Source: an uncultured Chloroflexia bacterium
Lineage (GTDB): Bacteria; Chloroflexota; Chloroflexia; Thermomicrobiales; UBA6265
Reading direction: 5' to 3'
DNA: 64,000 nt
Assembly: GCA_963724295.1 (NCBI GenBank)
Contig: CAVRUC010000005.1
Location: 277,981 to 341,980, forward strand
Shown here piece after piece: positions 30,667-39,323 of this stretch. The notes under the pieces were generated by a model. It did no database searches and was not told the origin of the DNA. It saw only the letters and a list, made by a program, of their open reading frames with translations. The translations under genes were made by a program, and so were the position numbers. Positions within the stretch are counted from its first letter, which is position 1; each line of letters starts with the position of its first letter.

Positions 30667-31495
30667 TCAAACGAGGCCTCGGTGGCCGGCCAGACGTCGC
30701 TGGCGGGCAGCCTCGAAGAGGATCACGGCTCCGGCCACAGCCGCGTTGAGCGACTCCAACCCGCGCGCCAGCGGGATGCCAACCTCATCAGTTGCCCACG
30801 CCGCTAGTTCAGGGCCAATCCCCTCCGTCTCACCACCGATGATCAGCGCCGTCGCTCCAGCCCAGTTGGTCGCGTCATAGGGACGCGTCACCGCTGCACT
30901 TGCGACCACGCGGCGTGGCAGCCGCTCGCGTAATTCCTCCAGAGTCCCGGCGTCGAGGGGGATGAGCGGAACACGAAAATGCGCCCCCATCCCGGCGCGG
31001 ACCACCTTCGGGTTCCAGGGGTCGACCGTCTCAGGCGAGAGATAGACCGCGTTCACGCCCGCTCCGGCGGCAGAGCGCAGGAGCGTCCCCAGGTTGCCGG
31101 GATCGCGCAGCCGGTCGAGCACCAAAACCAGCGGCGCCGGGTCATCTGGATCGGGAGTCAGGTTCGGGAAGGGGAATACCGCCAGAATCCCCTGGGGCGT
31201 TTGCACGTCACTCAACCGGTCGAAGAGCCGTTGGCTCGACGACGCGCACGGGGACTCGTGCCGACGGTGCCAGCTCTCGCCACGAGTCCAGCTCCCCCTG
31301 CCGCACGAGAAGCAATCGCGGGACGGCGCCGGTCTCCAGCGCATCGTGGACGGCCCGAACCCCTTCCACGACAAACGCTCCCTCGGCAGCACGACGATCG
31401 CGCCGTGCAAGCGAGCGCACCAGGACGATGGCTGGGTTGGCGGCGGAGGTGATGACCTCGGTGGAGGGAGGGTTGCTGCGCTCAGGAGGTGTCAC
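30667..31495 (-). CDS. TrmH/SpoU RNA methyltransferase; frameshifted
   Basis: ITSAANP, FVVEG; TPQGI, DPGNLGTLLRSA, KVVRAGMGA, GGETEG, ESLNAAVA. Confidence 0.88.
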
Positions 31496-31767
31496 GTCGT
31501 TCAGGGGGTGTCGCTGCGCATAGGGGGGGTCGGCTTCGCCTCAGGGGGTGCCGGCGGCTTCGCCGCCTCAGGGGGAGTCGCCTTCGGCTCAGGGGAAGAA
31601 GGACGAGGACGGTCTCCCTCGGTCTCCTTCACCCCCTACGGGAGCGAAGCGACCAACACCCCCTGAGTCCGCGCAGCGGACGCCTCCCCCTGAGGGAGCA
31701 AAGCGACCGGCTCCCCCTGAAGCCGCTCTAGCGGCTGCCACCCCCTGAGCCGTAGGCGACTCCCCCT
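31482..31767. repeat. Inverted array of TCAGGGGG/CCCCCTGA units separated by variable mini-hairpins
   Basis: About 6 units per arm; spacers such as ggcttcgcc, gtccgcgcagcggac, agccgctctagcggct. Confidence 0.85.
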
Positions 31768-32128
31768 ACTTCGCGGCGAGCGCCTGCTTTGCGGTATCGA
31801 CGACGGCACTGAAGCCGGCCGCGTCGCGCACCGCCAGGTCGGCCAGCATCTTGCGATCGACGGCGATCCCGGCCAGCGACAGCCCATTCACGAACTTGGA
31901 GTACGGAAGGCCGTTCAGCCGGGATGCGGCATTGATGCGGATGATCCAGAGACGGCGCATGTCGCGCTTGCGGGTGCGTCGATCCCGGTAGGCATTGGCC
32001 AGCGCCCGCATGAGCGACTCATGGGCGCGCTTGTAGAGGCGATTGTTCGTGCCGTAGTGGCCCTTGACCTGCGCCAGGACCTTCTTGTGACGCTTGTGGG
32101 CGGTGACGCCGCGCTTGACGCGAGCCAT
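31766..32128 (-). CDS. rplT: 50S ribosomal protein L20
   Basis: [38 protein letters not shown]. Confidence 0.98.
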   Translation of the reverse strand: MARVKRGVTAHKRHKKVLAQVKGHYGTNNRLYKRAHESLMRALANAYRDRRTRKRDMRRLWIIRINAASRLNGLPYSKFVNGLSLAGIAVDRKMLADLAVRDAAGFSAVVDTAKQALAAK

Positions 32129-32252
32129 GGTTCTCGTTCACTCCTCGACCCAGCGGTCTCGTCGGGGCCGCTGACGCCCGGCGTGGACACCCCACGCGCG
32201 CCGCCGTGCGGCGCAACGCCGGGGAGGAGACCCCGGCGTCATTGGTCCGTAC

Positions 32253-32474
32253 CTACGCTCCGTACGGCAGGAGCTTCTCGACAGCGCCCGCGTTGGAGCT
32301 GTCCAGCACCAACATGCGGTCAAACTGTCGCTTCACGCGCGGCGCCTTCCGGCGCCGGAAGTGACTCTTCATCCCCTTCGTGCGCATGATCTTGCCGGTC
32401 GCGGTGATTTTGAACCGCTTCTTGGCCCCCTTGTGGGTTTTCATCTTCGGCGGCTTGGTCGACGACTTGCTCAC
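32253..32474 (-). CDS. rpmI: 50S ribosomal protein L35
   Basis: PKMKTHKGAKKRFKITATGK. Confidence 0.96.
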   Translation of the reverse strand: MSKSSTKPPKMKTHKGAKKRFKITATGKIMRTKGMKSHFRRRKAPRVKRQFDRMLVLDSSNAGAVEKLLPYGA

Positions 32475-33045
32475 GGGTTCGGTTTCCTTCCTTTTCGCGT
32501 TCCCGTTCCCGGTCCGCCACGCTCACTTTCGCCTTCAGCGGAGCCATGAACATGATCATGGTCCGGCCTTCCATCCGCGGCGGCTGTTCGACGGTGCCGT
32601 GCGGACGGAGCTGATCGGCGAGCTGATCGAGGAGCGCTTTACCCAGATCCGGGTGGGCCATCTCGCGGCCGCGAAAGAGGACGGTCAGCTTGACCTTGTC
32701 TCCGGCGTTGAGGAACTTCGCGGCCTGGCGACCTTTCGTCTCGAGGTCATGGTCGTCGATCTTGGGCCGGATGCGGACCTCTTTCAGTTCGATGACGTGC
32801 TGATGGCGGCGGGACTCGCGCTCTTTGCGGCTCTGCTCGTAGCGGAACTTGCCGTAGTCCATGAGCCGGCAGACCGGTGGCATGGCATTTGGCGCCACCT
32901 CGACCAGGTCGAGTCCCCGCTCGCGCGCCATCTGGAGCGCGTCAAATGTTGGAATGACGCCGACTTGCTCGCCGTTCTCGTCGATCAGCCGGACTTCGCG
33001 AATCCGGATACGCTCATTGATCCGTGTTTGGACGGGTCTGGAAAT
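32320..33045 (-). CDS. infC: Translation initiation factor IF-3 with ATT start; true stop probably near 32471 (indel)
   Basis: ggagg SD, then ATT-SRPVQTRINERIRIREVRLIDENGEQ; LDLVEVAP...PPVCRLMDYGKFRYE, FRGRE. Confidence 0.93.
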   Translation of the reverse strand: MSRPVQTRINERIRIREVRLIDENGEQVGVIPTFDALQMARERGLDLVEVAPNAMPPVCRLMDYGKFRYEQSRKERESRRHQHVIELKEVRIRPKIDDHDLETKGRQAAKFLNAGDKVKLTVLFRGREMAHPDLGKALLDQLADQLRPHGTVEQPPRMEGRTMIMFMAPLKAKVSVADREREREKEGNRTREQVVDQAAEDENPQGGQEAVQNHRDRQDHAHEGDEESLPAPEGAAREATV

Positions 33046-33276
33046 AACCTGCCTCCATTACCCATTGCCGGGTATCGCTGCAACACAGGAACGCGCCGGG
33101 GGCAATCTCCGGCGCGGTCGCCTTCAGGCTAGAGGCGAAGTGTATCACCGCTGCGGCCTCTCGGTCAATCGTCTTGCCGCGCTGGCACGTCGATTTTCCT
33201 GCGAGATGACGCCGAAAACGGGCCTGGGTGAAGGGCGCCGCGTCGGTATGGTCGAGGCCCCGATTTGCAGACCGTG

Positions 33277-33735
33277 TTAGGGCTGTTGGAAGCTGGCGAC
33301 GGCGATCGTCAGCTCGCCGGCCGCTGGGTCCGTGGCGAAGACGACAGTCCCTTCCCTCGTCTCACCACCGGCCAGGAAATCGAGGGTGAACTCCCTCTGC
33401 TGCGACGATCCGTCACTGCCGGCCAGCTCAGCCTGAATCAGCACTTCCTGCGCGGTGCGCCCTCCCCGGTTCGTCACGGCGACTGGCAGGACGTACGACT
33501 GCCCCTCATGCCGGATCTCCTCCAGCAACGGCTTCGCCTCGACGATCGGTGGTTCGCTGCCGCCGCTGATCGACACGTACGTCACCAGAGCGACCAGTGC
33601 CACGATCAGGCTGACGCTGATGGCCAGGGTGGTCCACTCCGCCGCGGAGCGCCCACGCGGTCCAGTCGCCTCCTGTCCGTCCTCCTCTCGGGTCTGAGGC
33701 TGAGCTGACTCACTGCCCGTGCCGCGCGCCATCAC
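33277..33735 (-). CDS. TIGR02588-like single-TM protein
   Basis: EWTTLAIS TM, V.N.GG.TA..V, DFLAGGE...G..VF..DP; downstream of the TIGR02587-like gene. Confidence 0.75.
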   Translation of the reverse strand: MMARGTGSESAQPQTREEDGQEATGPRGRSAAEWTTLAISVSLIVALVALVTYVSISGGSEPPIVEAKPLLEEIRHEGQSYVLPVAVTNRGGRTAQEVLIQAELAGSDGSSQQREFTLDFLAGGETREGTVVFATDPAAGELTIAVASFQQP

Positions 33736-34673
33736 ACGACCAATCTCCCGGCCGCCCCGCCGATCGCCGCCGGCAGACCCAGCACGAGGACCATCGCCAC
33801 GATCTCACCCAGCGGATCGCCCCACTCGATGCGGTCAAAGAGGAGAAGAGCGGCCAGCGCGACCAGGAGGGAGAGGACGTACGCCAGGACCGTCTCGGTC
33901 AGCGGGCTCTGAAACGGACCTTGCTGCTCGTGCTGCCCGGTACCGAACCCGCTGGCGAAGACGATGATGTAGGTCAGCAGCAGCGACAGCGCGATCAGCG
34001 CCAGGGCGTGCGCGTAGTCCAGCTCGGCGGCGAGCATCGGGATCTCGTCGGTGGGGGCGATCGAGAAGGAGAGGAAGAGGGCCCCGATGAGCGTGGCGCC
34101 GAAGTCGGCGACGAATGCCTGTCCCGCGCTCTGGGATTCTCCGCTGACCTCGTCGCCCTCACGGCTCCGTTCGCCATGAGGTCCGAAGATCGCGTTGGCT
34201 ACCGCGACGCCGATACTGATCGGCACCGCCTGGGCGATCACCTTGCCCAGCACGCTGCCGAGCGGGTCGCCAAATTGGATGCGGTTGAGCACGGTGAGGA
34301 CGATCACCGCGCCGACCAGACCGACGGCGACGCCGTCGATAGCTTGCTCGAGGCTGGCGAAGCGGCTGGTCTCCTCCTTGAACCCACCCGATCGCGTGCG
34401 GGCCAGAGCGAGGCTGACCAGGGCGGCAACCCCGAGGAAGAGCATCAGCTTCCAGAGCTCGGCGGTGGTCCCGATCCACCACATCTCCATCGTGTAGAGG
34501 AGCGGGGTGGCGACGATGAAGCCGCCGCTGACGGCGCGCAGAACGTCCTGAAGCTCCTTGCCCCAGGAGCCCTTGGGGTGCTCCCGCCGACCGCGCTGCC
34601 TCCCCGGGTCGGGCGCTTCAACAGTGCTCCGAGGCTGATGCGCGATCATCGATCGACCATCTGGCGACTCCAA
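33732..34673 (-). CDS. TIGR02587/DUF2391-like integral membrane protein
   Basis: PLLYTMEMWWIG, IAPTDEI, LGLPAAIGGAAGRL. Confidence 0.82.
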   Translation of the reverse strand: MESPDGRSMIAHQPRSTVEAPDPGRQRGRREHPKGSWGKELQDVLRAVSGGFIVATPLLYTMEMWWIGTTAELWKLMLFLGVAALVSLALARTRSGGFKEETSRFASLEQAIDGVAVGLVGAVIVLTVLNRIQFGDPLGSVLGKVIAQAVPISIGVAVANAIFGPHGERSREGDEVSGESQSAGQAFVADFGATLIGALFLSFSIAPTDEIPMLAAELDYAHALALIALSLLLTYIIVFASGFGTGQHEQQGPFQSPLTETVLAYVLSLLVALAALLLFDRIEWGDPLGEIVAMVLVLGLPAAIGGAAGRLVV

Positions 34674-34715
34674 TCACTCGTGAGCTCGTAGAAGATACCT
34701 TGTTGTGCGGGCGGG

Positions 34716-34812
34716 ATGGTAAGTTGGTAAGTCGGTAAGTCGGTAAGTGGAAACGAGAGACGGCAAGACGGCGAGACGGCGAGACGGCAAGGACGAGAAT
34801 AGCCAGTAGCCG
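34716..34812. repeat. Consecutive arrays: GTCGGTAA x4, GAGACGGC x4, AATAGCC 7-mers
   Basis: gatggtaa gttggtaa gtcggtaa gtcggtaa; gagacggc aagacggc gagacggc gagacggc. Confidence 0.85.
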
Positions 34813-35009
34813 AAAGTCCATCTTCGCCGACGTCATGCGAAACGGTGCGGGCGCGGTGGGCGTCATGGAGCGCAGAGGCCACGAGGCGGGGCCCGCTCCA
34901 CTATGTCGCAAGGGGGTGGGATGACGCTCCGGGCCATCGCTGAGCGCGATACGCAGGGGCGAGTCGCGCTCAGCGGAAACGACCCGCGAGAGAAGGTGGA
35001 GTAAGCACC

Positions 35010-35789
35010 ATGGGCAACGGACGACTCTTCTCAATAGCCACGGCCGCAGTCGTGGTCTTGAACCTCGGCGTGGTGACCGCCTCGGGCGCGGATGCCGCCC
35101 AGGGTGGCGGCAACGACCTCTGTGTCGCCGTCAGCGGCGGCACGGTGCAGAACGCCACCGTCCTGGATATCGTGGCCGACGGCGGCACCGCCATCGGCGA
35201 CGCCAGCGGCGGGAGCGGCAACCTGGCGGCAGACGCCGGCAACGACAACGACAACGATAACGGCGGCAACAACAACCGCGACAATGGCAATGGCAACGGA
35301 AACAACGACAACGACAACGGCAACGACAACGACAACGACAACAACAACGACAACGGCAACAACAACCGGAACAACTGGTCGGCCGAGTCGGTCCTGTCGT
35401 TGGAGCAGCGACTGCTGCAGACGGATACCGCGAGTGCGGGTAACGCCGGAGTGGCTACGGCATCCGCCGACGGCGGCGCCGTCTCCATCCAGGACATCAA
35501 CAGCGGCGGCAATGCCGGCAACGCGATCTCGGTCGGCGACACCGTCTGCCCCGGGGCCGTGGGCCCCGCTCATGGTGGCGAAAAGGCTGGCGGCGGTAAC
35601 GTCATCAAGACCGGCGGCGGTGGTGGTGGTGGCCGCGGCGGTCAGGTGCGGGCCCTGCCGAAGACCGGCGTTGGCGAGCTCGGCGGCGCCAGCGGCAGCC
35701 TGATCCTGGCGCTCGGCGCGCTGGGCATGATGGGTCTCTCGGTGGGCACCCGGCTCGACCGGCGAGCCGTCCAGATCGGAGATCGCTAA
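35010..35789 (+). CDS. Secreted Gly/Asn-rich protein with LPKTG sortase-type sorting signal
   Basis: Signal peptide, motifs A and B, Asn/Asp tract, LPKTG + hydrophobic helix + RLDRR tail. Confidence 0.85.
   Translation: MGNGRLFSIATAAVVVLNLGVVTASGADAAQGGGNDLCVAVSGGTVQNATVLDIVADGGTAIGDASGGSGNLAADAGNDNDNDNGGNNNRDNGNGNGNNDNDNGNDNDNDNNNDNGNNNRNNWSAESVLSLEQRLLQTDTASAGNAGVATASADGGAVSIQDINSGGNAGNAISVGDTVCPGAVGPAHGGEKAGGGNVIKTGGGGGGGRGGQVRALPKTGVGELGGASGSLILALGALGMMGLSVGTRLDRRAVQIGDR
35241..35375 (+). repeat. Coding low-complexity AACGAC/AACGGC repeat (Asn/Asp tract)
   Basis: aacgacaacgacaacgataacggc... Confidence 0.9.
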
Positions 35790-35843
35790 CCCGGCGATGG
35801 CTTCCGGTGCCGGCCGATAGGACCTTTTCCTTTTGATCCGGGA

Positions 35844-35872
35844 TTGACATTCCCACACTCGGGGATTAGGGT
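35844..35872 (+). promoter_or_regulatory. Sigma70-type promoter for the 35978 gene
   Basis: TTGACA-17 nt-TAGGGT. Confidence 0.65.
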
Positions 35873-35977
35873 ACCTTTGAAGCCGGATATGAATCGGACC
35901 GCAGTCCGAGACATGACCGGAGCGCTGAACGCAGAGGGGAAGCAGCGCGTACGCAGATAGGGCTCAGGGAGGGGTAG

Positions 35978-36355
35978 ATGAACAAGCGGATTGGTACCGC
36001 CGTAGTGGCCGGTGGCGCGATTGGCGTCGCGGGCGTGTCGACCGCGTCAGCCCAGTCAATCCTCGGGCTGCGCGACAAGTTCTTTGGTGGCGGCGAGGAG
36101 TTCGTGGATACCGCTTCCGCCGGTAACGGCGGTGTGGCAACGGCCTCGGCCAATGGTGGCGCGGTCTCGGCCGGCGACATCAACAGCGGCGGCAACGTCT
36201 GCAACGCCATCGGCATCGGCAACACGTACGGGCCGGACCCGGACGTCTATGGTGGCGACTGCCTCAACACCACGGCACTCGGCATCACCGTCGACGGTGG
36301 CACCGCCATCGCGGACGCCTCGGGTGGTGATTACAACCTCGCCTTCGTCAGCTAA
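35978..36355 (+). CDS. Small secreted Gly/Asn-rich protein, permuted paralog of 35010
   Basis: Signal peptide ending ASA-Q; motif B then motif A; two Cys; SD ggagggg. Confidence 0.85.
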   Translation: MNKRIGTAVVAGGAIGVAGVSTASAQSILGLRDKFFGGGEEFVDTASAGNGGVATASANGGAVSAGDINSGGNVCNAIGIGNTYGPDPDVYGGDCLNTTALGITVDGGTAIADASGGDYNLAFVS

Positions 36356-36362
36356 GCACAAC

Positions 36363-36416
36363 GCCCCTCGCATGAGGGGCATGTGACGCAGCGCCTCCCA
36401 CCTGGTGGGGGGCGCT
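36363..36416 (+). terminator. Two GC hairpins after the 35978 gene
   Basis: gcccctc gcat gaggggc; gcgcctccca cctgg tggggggcgc. Confidence 0.5.
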
Positions 36417-36592
36417 AGCGTTTCCAGCGAGATTTTCGCGACCGATCACGTTCAAGCTCAAGCTCGAGCCCGTCGAGCTGGGCCGGCATCAGGTTGGCCT
36501 GCCAGGTCGCCGTGACGCTGCGCCCGCTGTGGCGGCCATCGTCCGCGGTGCCGTACGATGTGGGCCGAACGTAATGATCGAGGGAGATACCT

Positions 36593-36880
36593 ATGGCCCA
36601 GCATGAAGGCGAGACGTTTGCAAACGCGACCGTTGTCCTCGACGGCAACGACTACCGCAACTGCACCTTCAACAACTGCCAGATCGTGTTCAACGGCACG
36701 GACTCGGTGTCACTGTTCGGGATCAACTTCAACGACTGCACCTGGACCTTTGACGGACCAGCCGGACGCACCATCGACTTCATGACCGCGCTCTACAAGG
36801 CGGGCCTGACGGAGCTGATCGACGGCACGTTCGAGAACATCCGGAGCGGCACCCGGCAGGAAGCGGCACCGCCGGGGTGA
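36593..36880 (+). CDS. Small hypothetical protein with beta-helix-like NC.F..C repeats
   Basis: SD gagggag; LDGNDYRNCTFNNCQIVF...FNDCTWTFDGPA. Confidence 0.75.
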   Translation: MAQHEGETFANATVVLDGNDYRNCTFNNCQIVFNGTDSVSLFGINFNDCTWTFDGPAGRTIDFMTALYKAGLTELIDGTFENIRSGTRQEAAPPG

Positions 36881-36995
36881 CGGGTTGCGGGGTGGTTACT
36901 CGCTGCGCTCGTGGTGGCGGGGTGGCGGGGTGTCTGGGCTTCGTTCTCCCTGCCACCTTGCCACCCCGCCACCCTGCCACCTCGTCACCCCGTCA
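36875..36995. repeat. Inverted 8-mer arrays GGGGTGGC / CCTGCCAC
   Basis: gtggtggc ggggtggc ggggtgtc ... cctgccac cttgccac cccgccac cctgccac ctcgtcac cccgtcac. Confidence 0.85.
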
Positions 36996-38042
36996 CTCCC
37001 CGAGCGGCGTGAGCAGCTCTTCGGCGACGTAGCCTTCCTCTCCGGTCGCGACCACGATCACCGGCCACCAGAGAGCATCGCCTTCGGCTTCGGCTGGTCC
37101 GGTCACTTCCAGCTCTGAGCCGAGCGGGATCGTGCTGACGATCTCGGCGTCGAGCGAGGGGCCGGCGCGCAGGTTGGCGTCCGAGTCGGCGTTGGTGACG
37201 GTGGTCCCCGGTTCGATGGCGCCCTCCGCCGGGGGAGGCGTCGCGGTCGGCGCCGACATCACGATCGCCGGGGTGACGATCGGCACTGGTGTGGACGTCG
37301 CGGCTGGCGGCTCCGTGGCGGCCGGCGTCGCGGTCGGCGATTCGGCGTCCTCGGGCGTCTCCGCGGACTCCTCGATGGTGATCACCGAGGTGGGAGCCTG
37401 GGGCGCGGCCGGCGCCGCGGTGGAAGTCGCGGCGGCTTGCGGTTGTTCAGTGGCGGGAGGAGTGACCGCCGGCGTCAGGGGCTGGGTGGTGGCGGCGGCT
37501 GGGGAGGGTGCGTCGTCCGTCGTCAACGTCGCGGCGCCGGGAGTACCGGGGATGCTCGCGACTTCGTCCAGCCCGACCCGCAGCTCCGGGGCGGTGGGGA
37601 CGAGAAGGATCTCGGTCAGGGTGGCGTCGTCCGGCACCTCGAACCAGACCCAGCCACGGGCGCGCTCGCCGGCCAGCATGGTGCGTCCCGACAGAGCCGG
37701 CTCGCGGCCACCGACGGTTCCGCTGCGATAGCTGAACCCCTGGTCGTCCCGCAGATAGACACCGGTGCCGGCGAAGCTGAGGGGCTGATCTGAATCGTTG
37801 ACCACCTCGACGTCGAAGCCGACGTAGCGCATCCCCGGGGCAGGCTGGGGTGGCGTGGTCAGCGTCCCGGCGTAGGGATCCTGCATGCCGTGGACGACGA
37901 ACGTCCAGTCCGGAGCGGGCGCGGTCACCGCGTCAGGAGTGGCGCCCTGCCCAAACGCCGCGGGCACCCCGGTCTGGACGAGAAGAAATGCACTCGCCAC
38001 GAGTAGTGCCGGCACCCACCACAGGATGCGAAGCTGGTTCAC
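36993..38042 (-). CDS. Secreted DUF4352-like Ig domain + Pro/Thr linker + SH3b domain
   Basis: YVGFDVEVVN...LRDDQG...GERARGWVWFEVP; NLRAGPSLDAEIV...WWPV....GYVAEELL. Confidence 0.8.
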   Translation of the reverse strand: MNQLRILWWVPALLVASAFLLVQTGVPAAFGQGATPDAVTAPAPDWTFVVHGMQDPYAGTLTTPPQPAPGMRYVGFDVEVVNDSDQPLSFAGTGVYLRDDQGFSYRSGTVGGREPALSGRTMLAGERARGWVWFEVPDDATLTEILLVPTAPELRVGLDEVASIPGTPGAATLTTDDAPSPAAATTQPLTPAVTPPATEQPQAAATSTAAPAAPQAPTSVITIEESAETPEDAESPTATPAATEPPAATSTPVPIVTPAIVMSAPTATPPPAEGAIEPGTTVTNADSDANLRAGPSLDAEIVSTIPLGSELEVTGPAEAEGDALWWPVIVVATGEEGYVAEELLTPLGE

Positions 38043-38055
38043 GTCACGGTCCTCC

Positions 38056-38412
38056 TGGCTGTCGGCTGTTGGCTGTTGGCTATCGGCTATTGGCTATTGA
38101 TGACGATGCGATGACGCTGACCGGACCGCCCATCATGCACGTTCGAGCCGGCTCGGATCTGAGCGCCGACACCGCGAACGTGTCATTCCGACCTCTCATT
38201 CCGAGGCCAGTGTGTCATTCCGAGCCCGCAGGCGAAGAATCTCGTGTCCCGCGCACAACCGAAACATACGACGAGATTCCTCGTGCAACGTGCAGTTCCT
38301 CGGAATGACACCTGTCACGTGTCATAGCACGGAGCGATCCAGCCACCGTTCCGTCCTTCCTTATTTGGTAGAACGCACGACGGCTCGTAGCCGATAGCCG
38401 ATCGCCGATCGG
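38056..38412. repeat. Inverted 7-mer arms (GGCTRTY / TAGCCGA) enclosing a palindromic REP-like element (38212-38311)
   Basis: ggctgtc ggctgtt ggctgtt ggctatc ggctatt ggctatt ... gtgtcattccgag..aatctcgt..acgagatt..ctcggaatgacac ... tagccga tagccga tcgccga. Confidence 0.8.
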
Positions 38413-38414
38413 CG

Positions 38415-39323
38415 CTAGGGCACGGGCGTGGCGGCGCCCTCGCCGACGGTGAAGACGGCGACCATCCCCATGGCGACGTGCGGCAGCCCGGTCTCCGGGT
38501 CGAAGACGAAGCAGAGCGCGACGTAGGTTCCCGGATCCAGATCGACCTCGGTCCAGGCGGTCAGCCCCGGGGAGAGCCACCCCATGCCGCCGACCGGTTC
38601 GAAGTCGGCGAAGGATGGTCCGCCGCCGGTGGGGGTGGCCTCCTCCGACTCGCCCGCCATCAGCTCCATGACCTGCTCGGTGGTGACGGGCTGCGGCGAG
38701 CGGGCGAGGAGGAGCTCGTGGGGCTGCTCGCCGGTGTTCGTGACCGCCCAGAGCTGCCGCCCCGGTTCGACTGTCTCCGGGAACTCGAAGTTGAAGTCGA
38801 AGAGCCGCACCGTGCCATCGGCGATCGGCTCCTCTGCCTGCGGCGTTGCGCCCGGGGTGGCCGCGTCGCCGACGACCTCGAATTGCTGGACCGTGTCGCC
38901 GAGCACCAGGTACCGCCCGGGACTGAGGTCGACGAGCGCGAGGTTGGTCTGGCCGGGCAGGGTTTCGCCGGGGAAGCCGGGGTAGATCGCCTGGAAGAGC
39001 CAGGGGGGCGGCGCCTCGGCGTCCGGTCCGAGATCGGCCACGACCTGCTCGTCGGTCACGCCTTCCGGCACCTGGAGCATGAAGCCGTGCCACGACTCCT
39101 CGCCCACGTTCTCGAGCCGGACCAGGGTGCGACCGGCCGGGACGGTGGTCTCGGGCATCTCGAAGGCGTCGTCGTTCACCCGCACCAGCAGCTCGGGATA
39201 GCCGAGCGCCGCCAGCGCGGAGCCGGAGGTGTCCGGCGTGGCCTCCTGGTCCTGGGCCGCTATGCCGGCGGGACCGGTCAGGACAAGCGCCAGGATCACG
39301 ACTACCAGCGAAAGACGATGCAC
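38415..39323 (-). CDS. Secreted tandem cupredoxin-like protein
   Basis: Signal + QEATP; NTGEQPHE...L.PGTYVALCFV.D...G.PHVAMGM. Confidence 0.75.
   Translation of the reverse strand: MHRLSLVVVILALVLTGPAGIAAQDQEATPDTSGSALAALGYPELLVRVNDDAFEMPETTVPAGRTLVRLENVGEESWHGFMLQVPEGVTDEQVVADLGPDAEAPPPWLFQAIYPGFPGETLPGQTNLALVDLSPGRYLVLGDTVQQFEVVGDAATPGATPQAEEPIADGTVRLFDFNFEFPETVEPGRQLWAVTNTGEQPHELLLARSPQPVTTEQVMELMAGESEEATPTGGGPSFADFEPVGGMGWLSPGLTAWTEVDLDPGTYVALCFVFDPETGLPHVAMGMVAVFTVGEGAATPVP

Noticed and set aside
31482..31767. CRISPR array
   Set aside because: The repeat is only about 8 nt, arms are inverted, spacers are 11-20 nt and mostly hairpins, and no cas genes are present.
32320..32474. IF3 extension overlapping rpmI
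   Set aside because: One indel in the purine run would end infC at the GTGA overlap with the rpmI start; probable error.
33060..33140. L20 leader RNA upstream of infC
   Set aside because: A hairpin (cgcgccgg...ccggcgcg) is present, but I cannot match it to the family by eye; needs an Infernal/Rfam search.
34938..34974. Riboswitch upstream of the LPKTG protein
   Set aside because: Only one strong hairpin (cgctgagcgcga/tcgcgctcagcg); no recognisable aptamer consensus.
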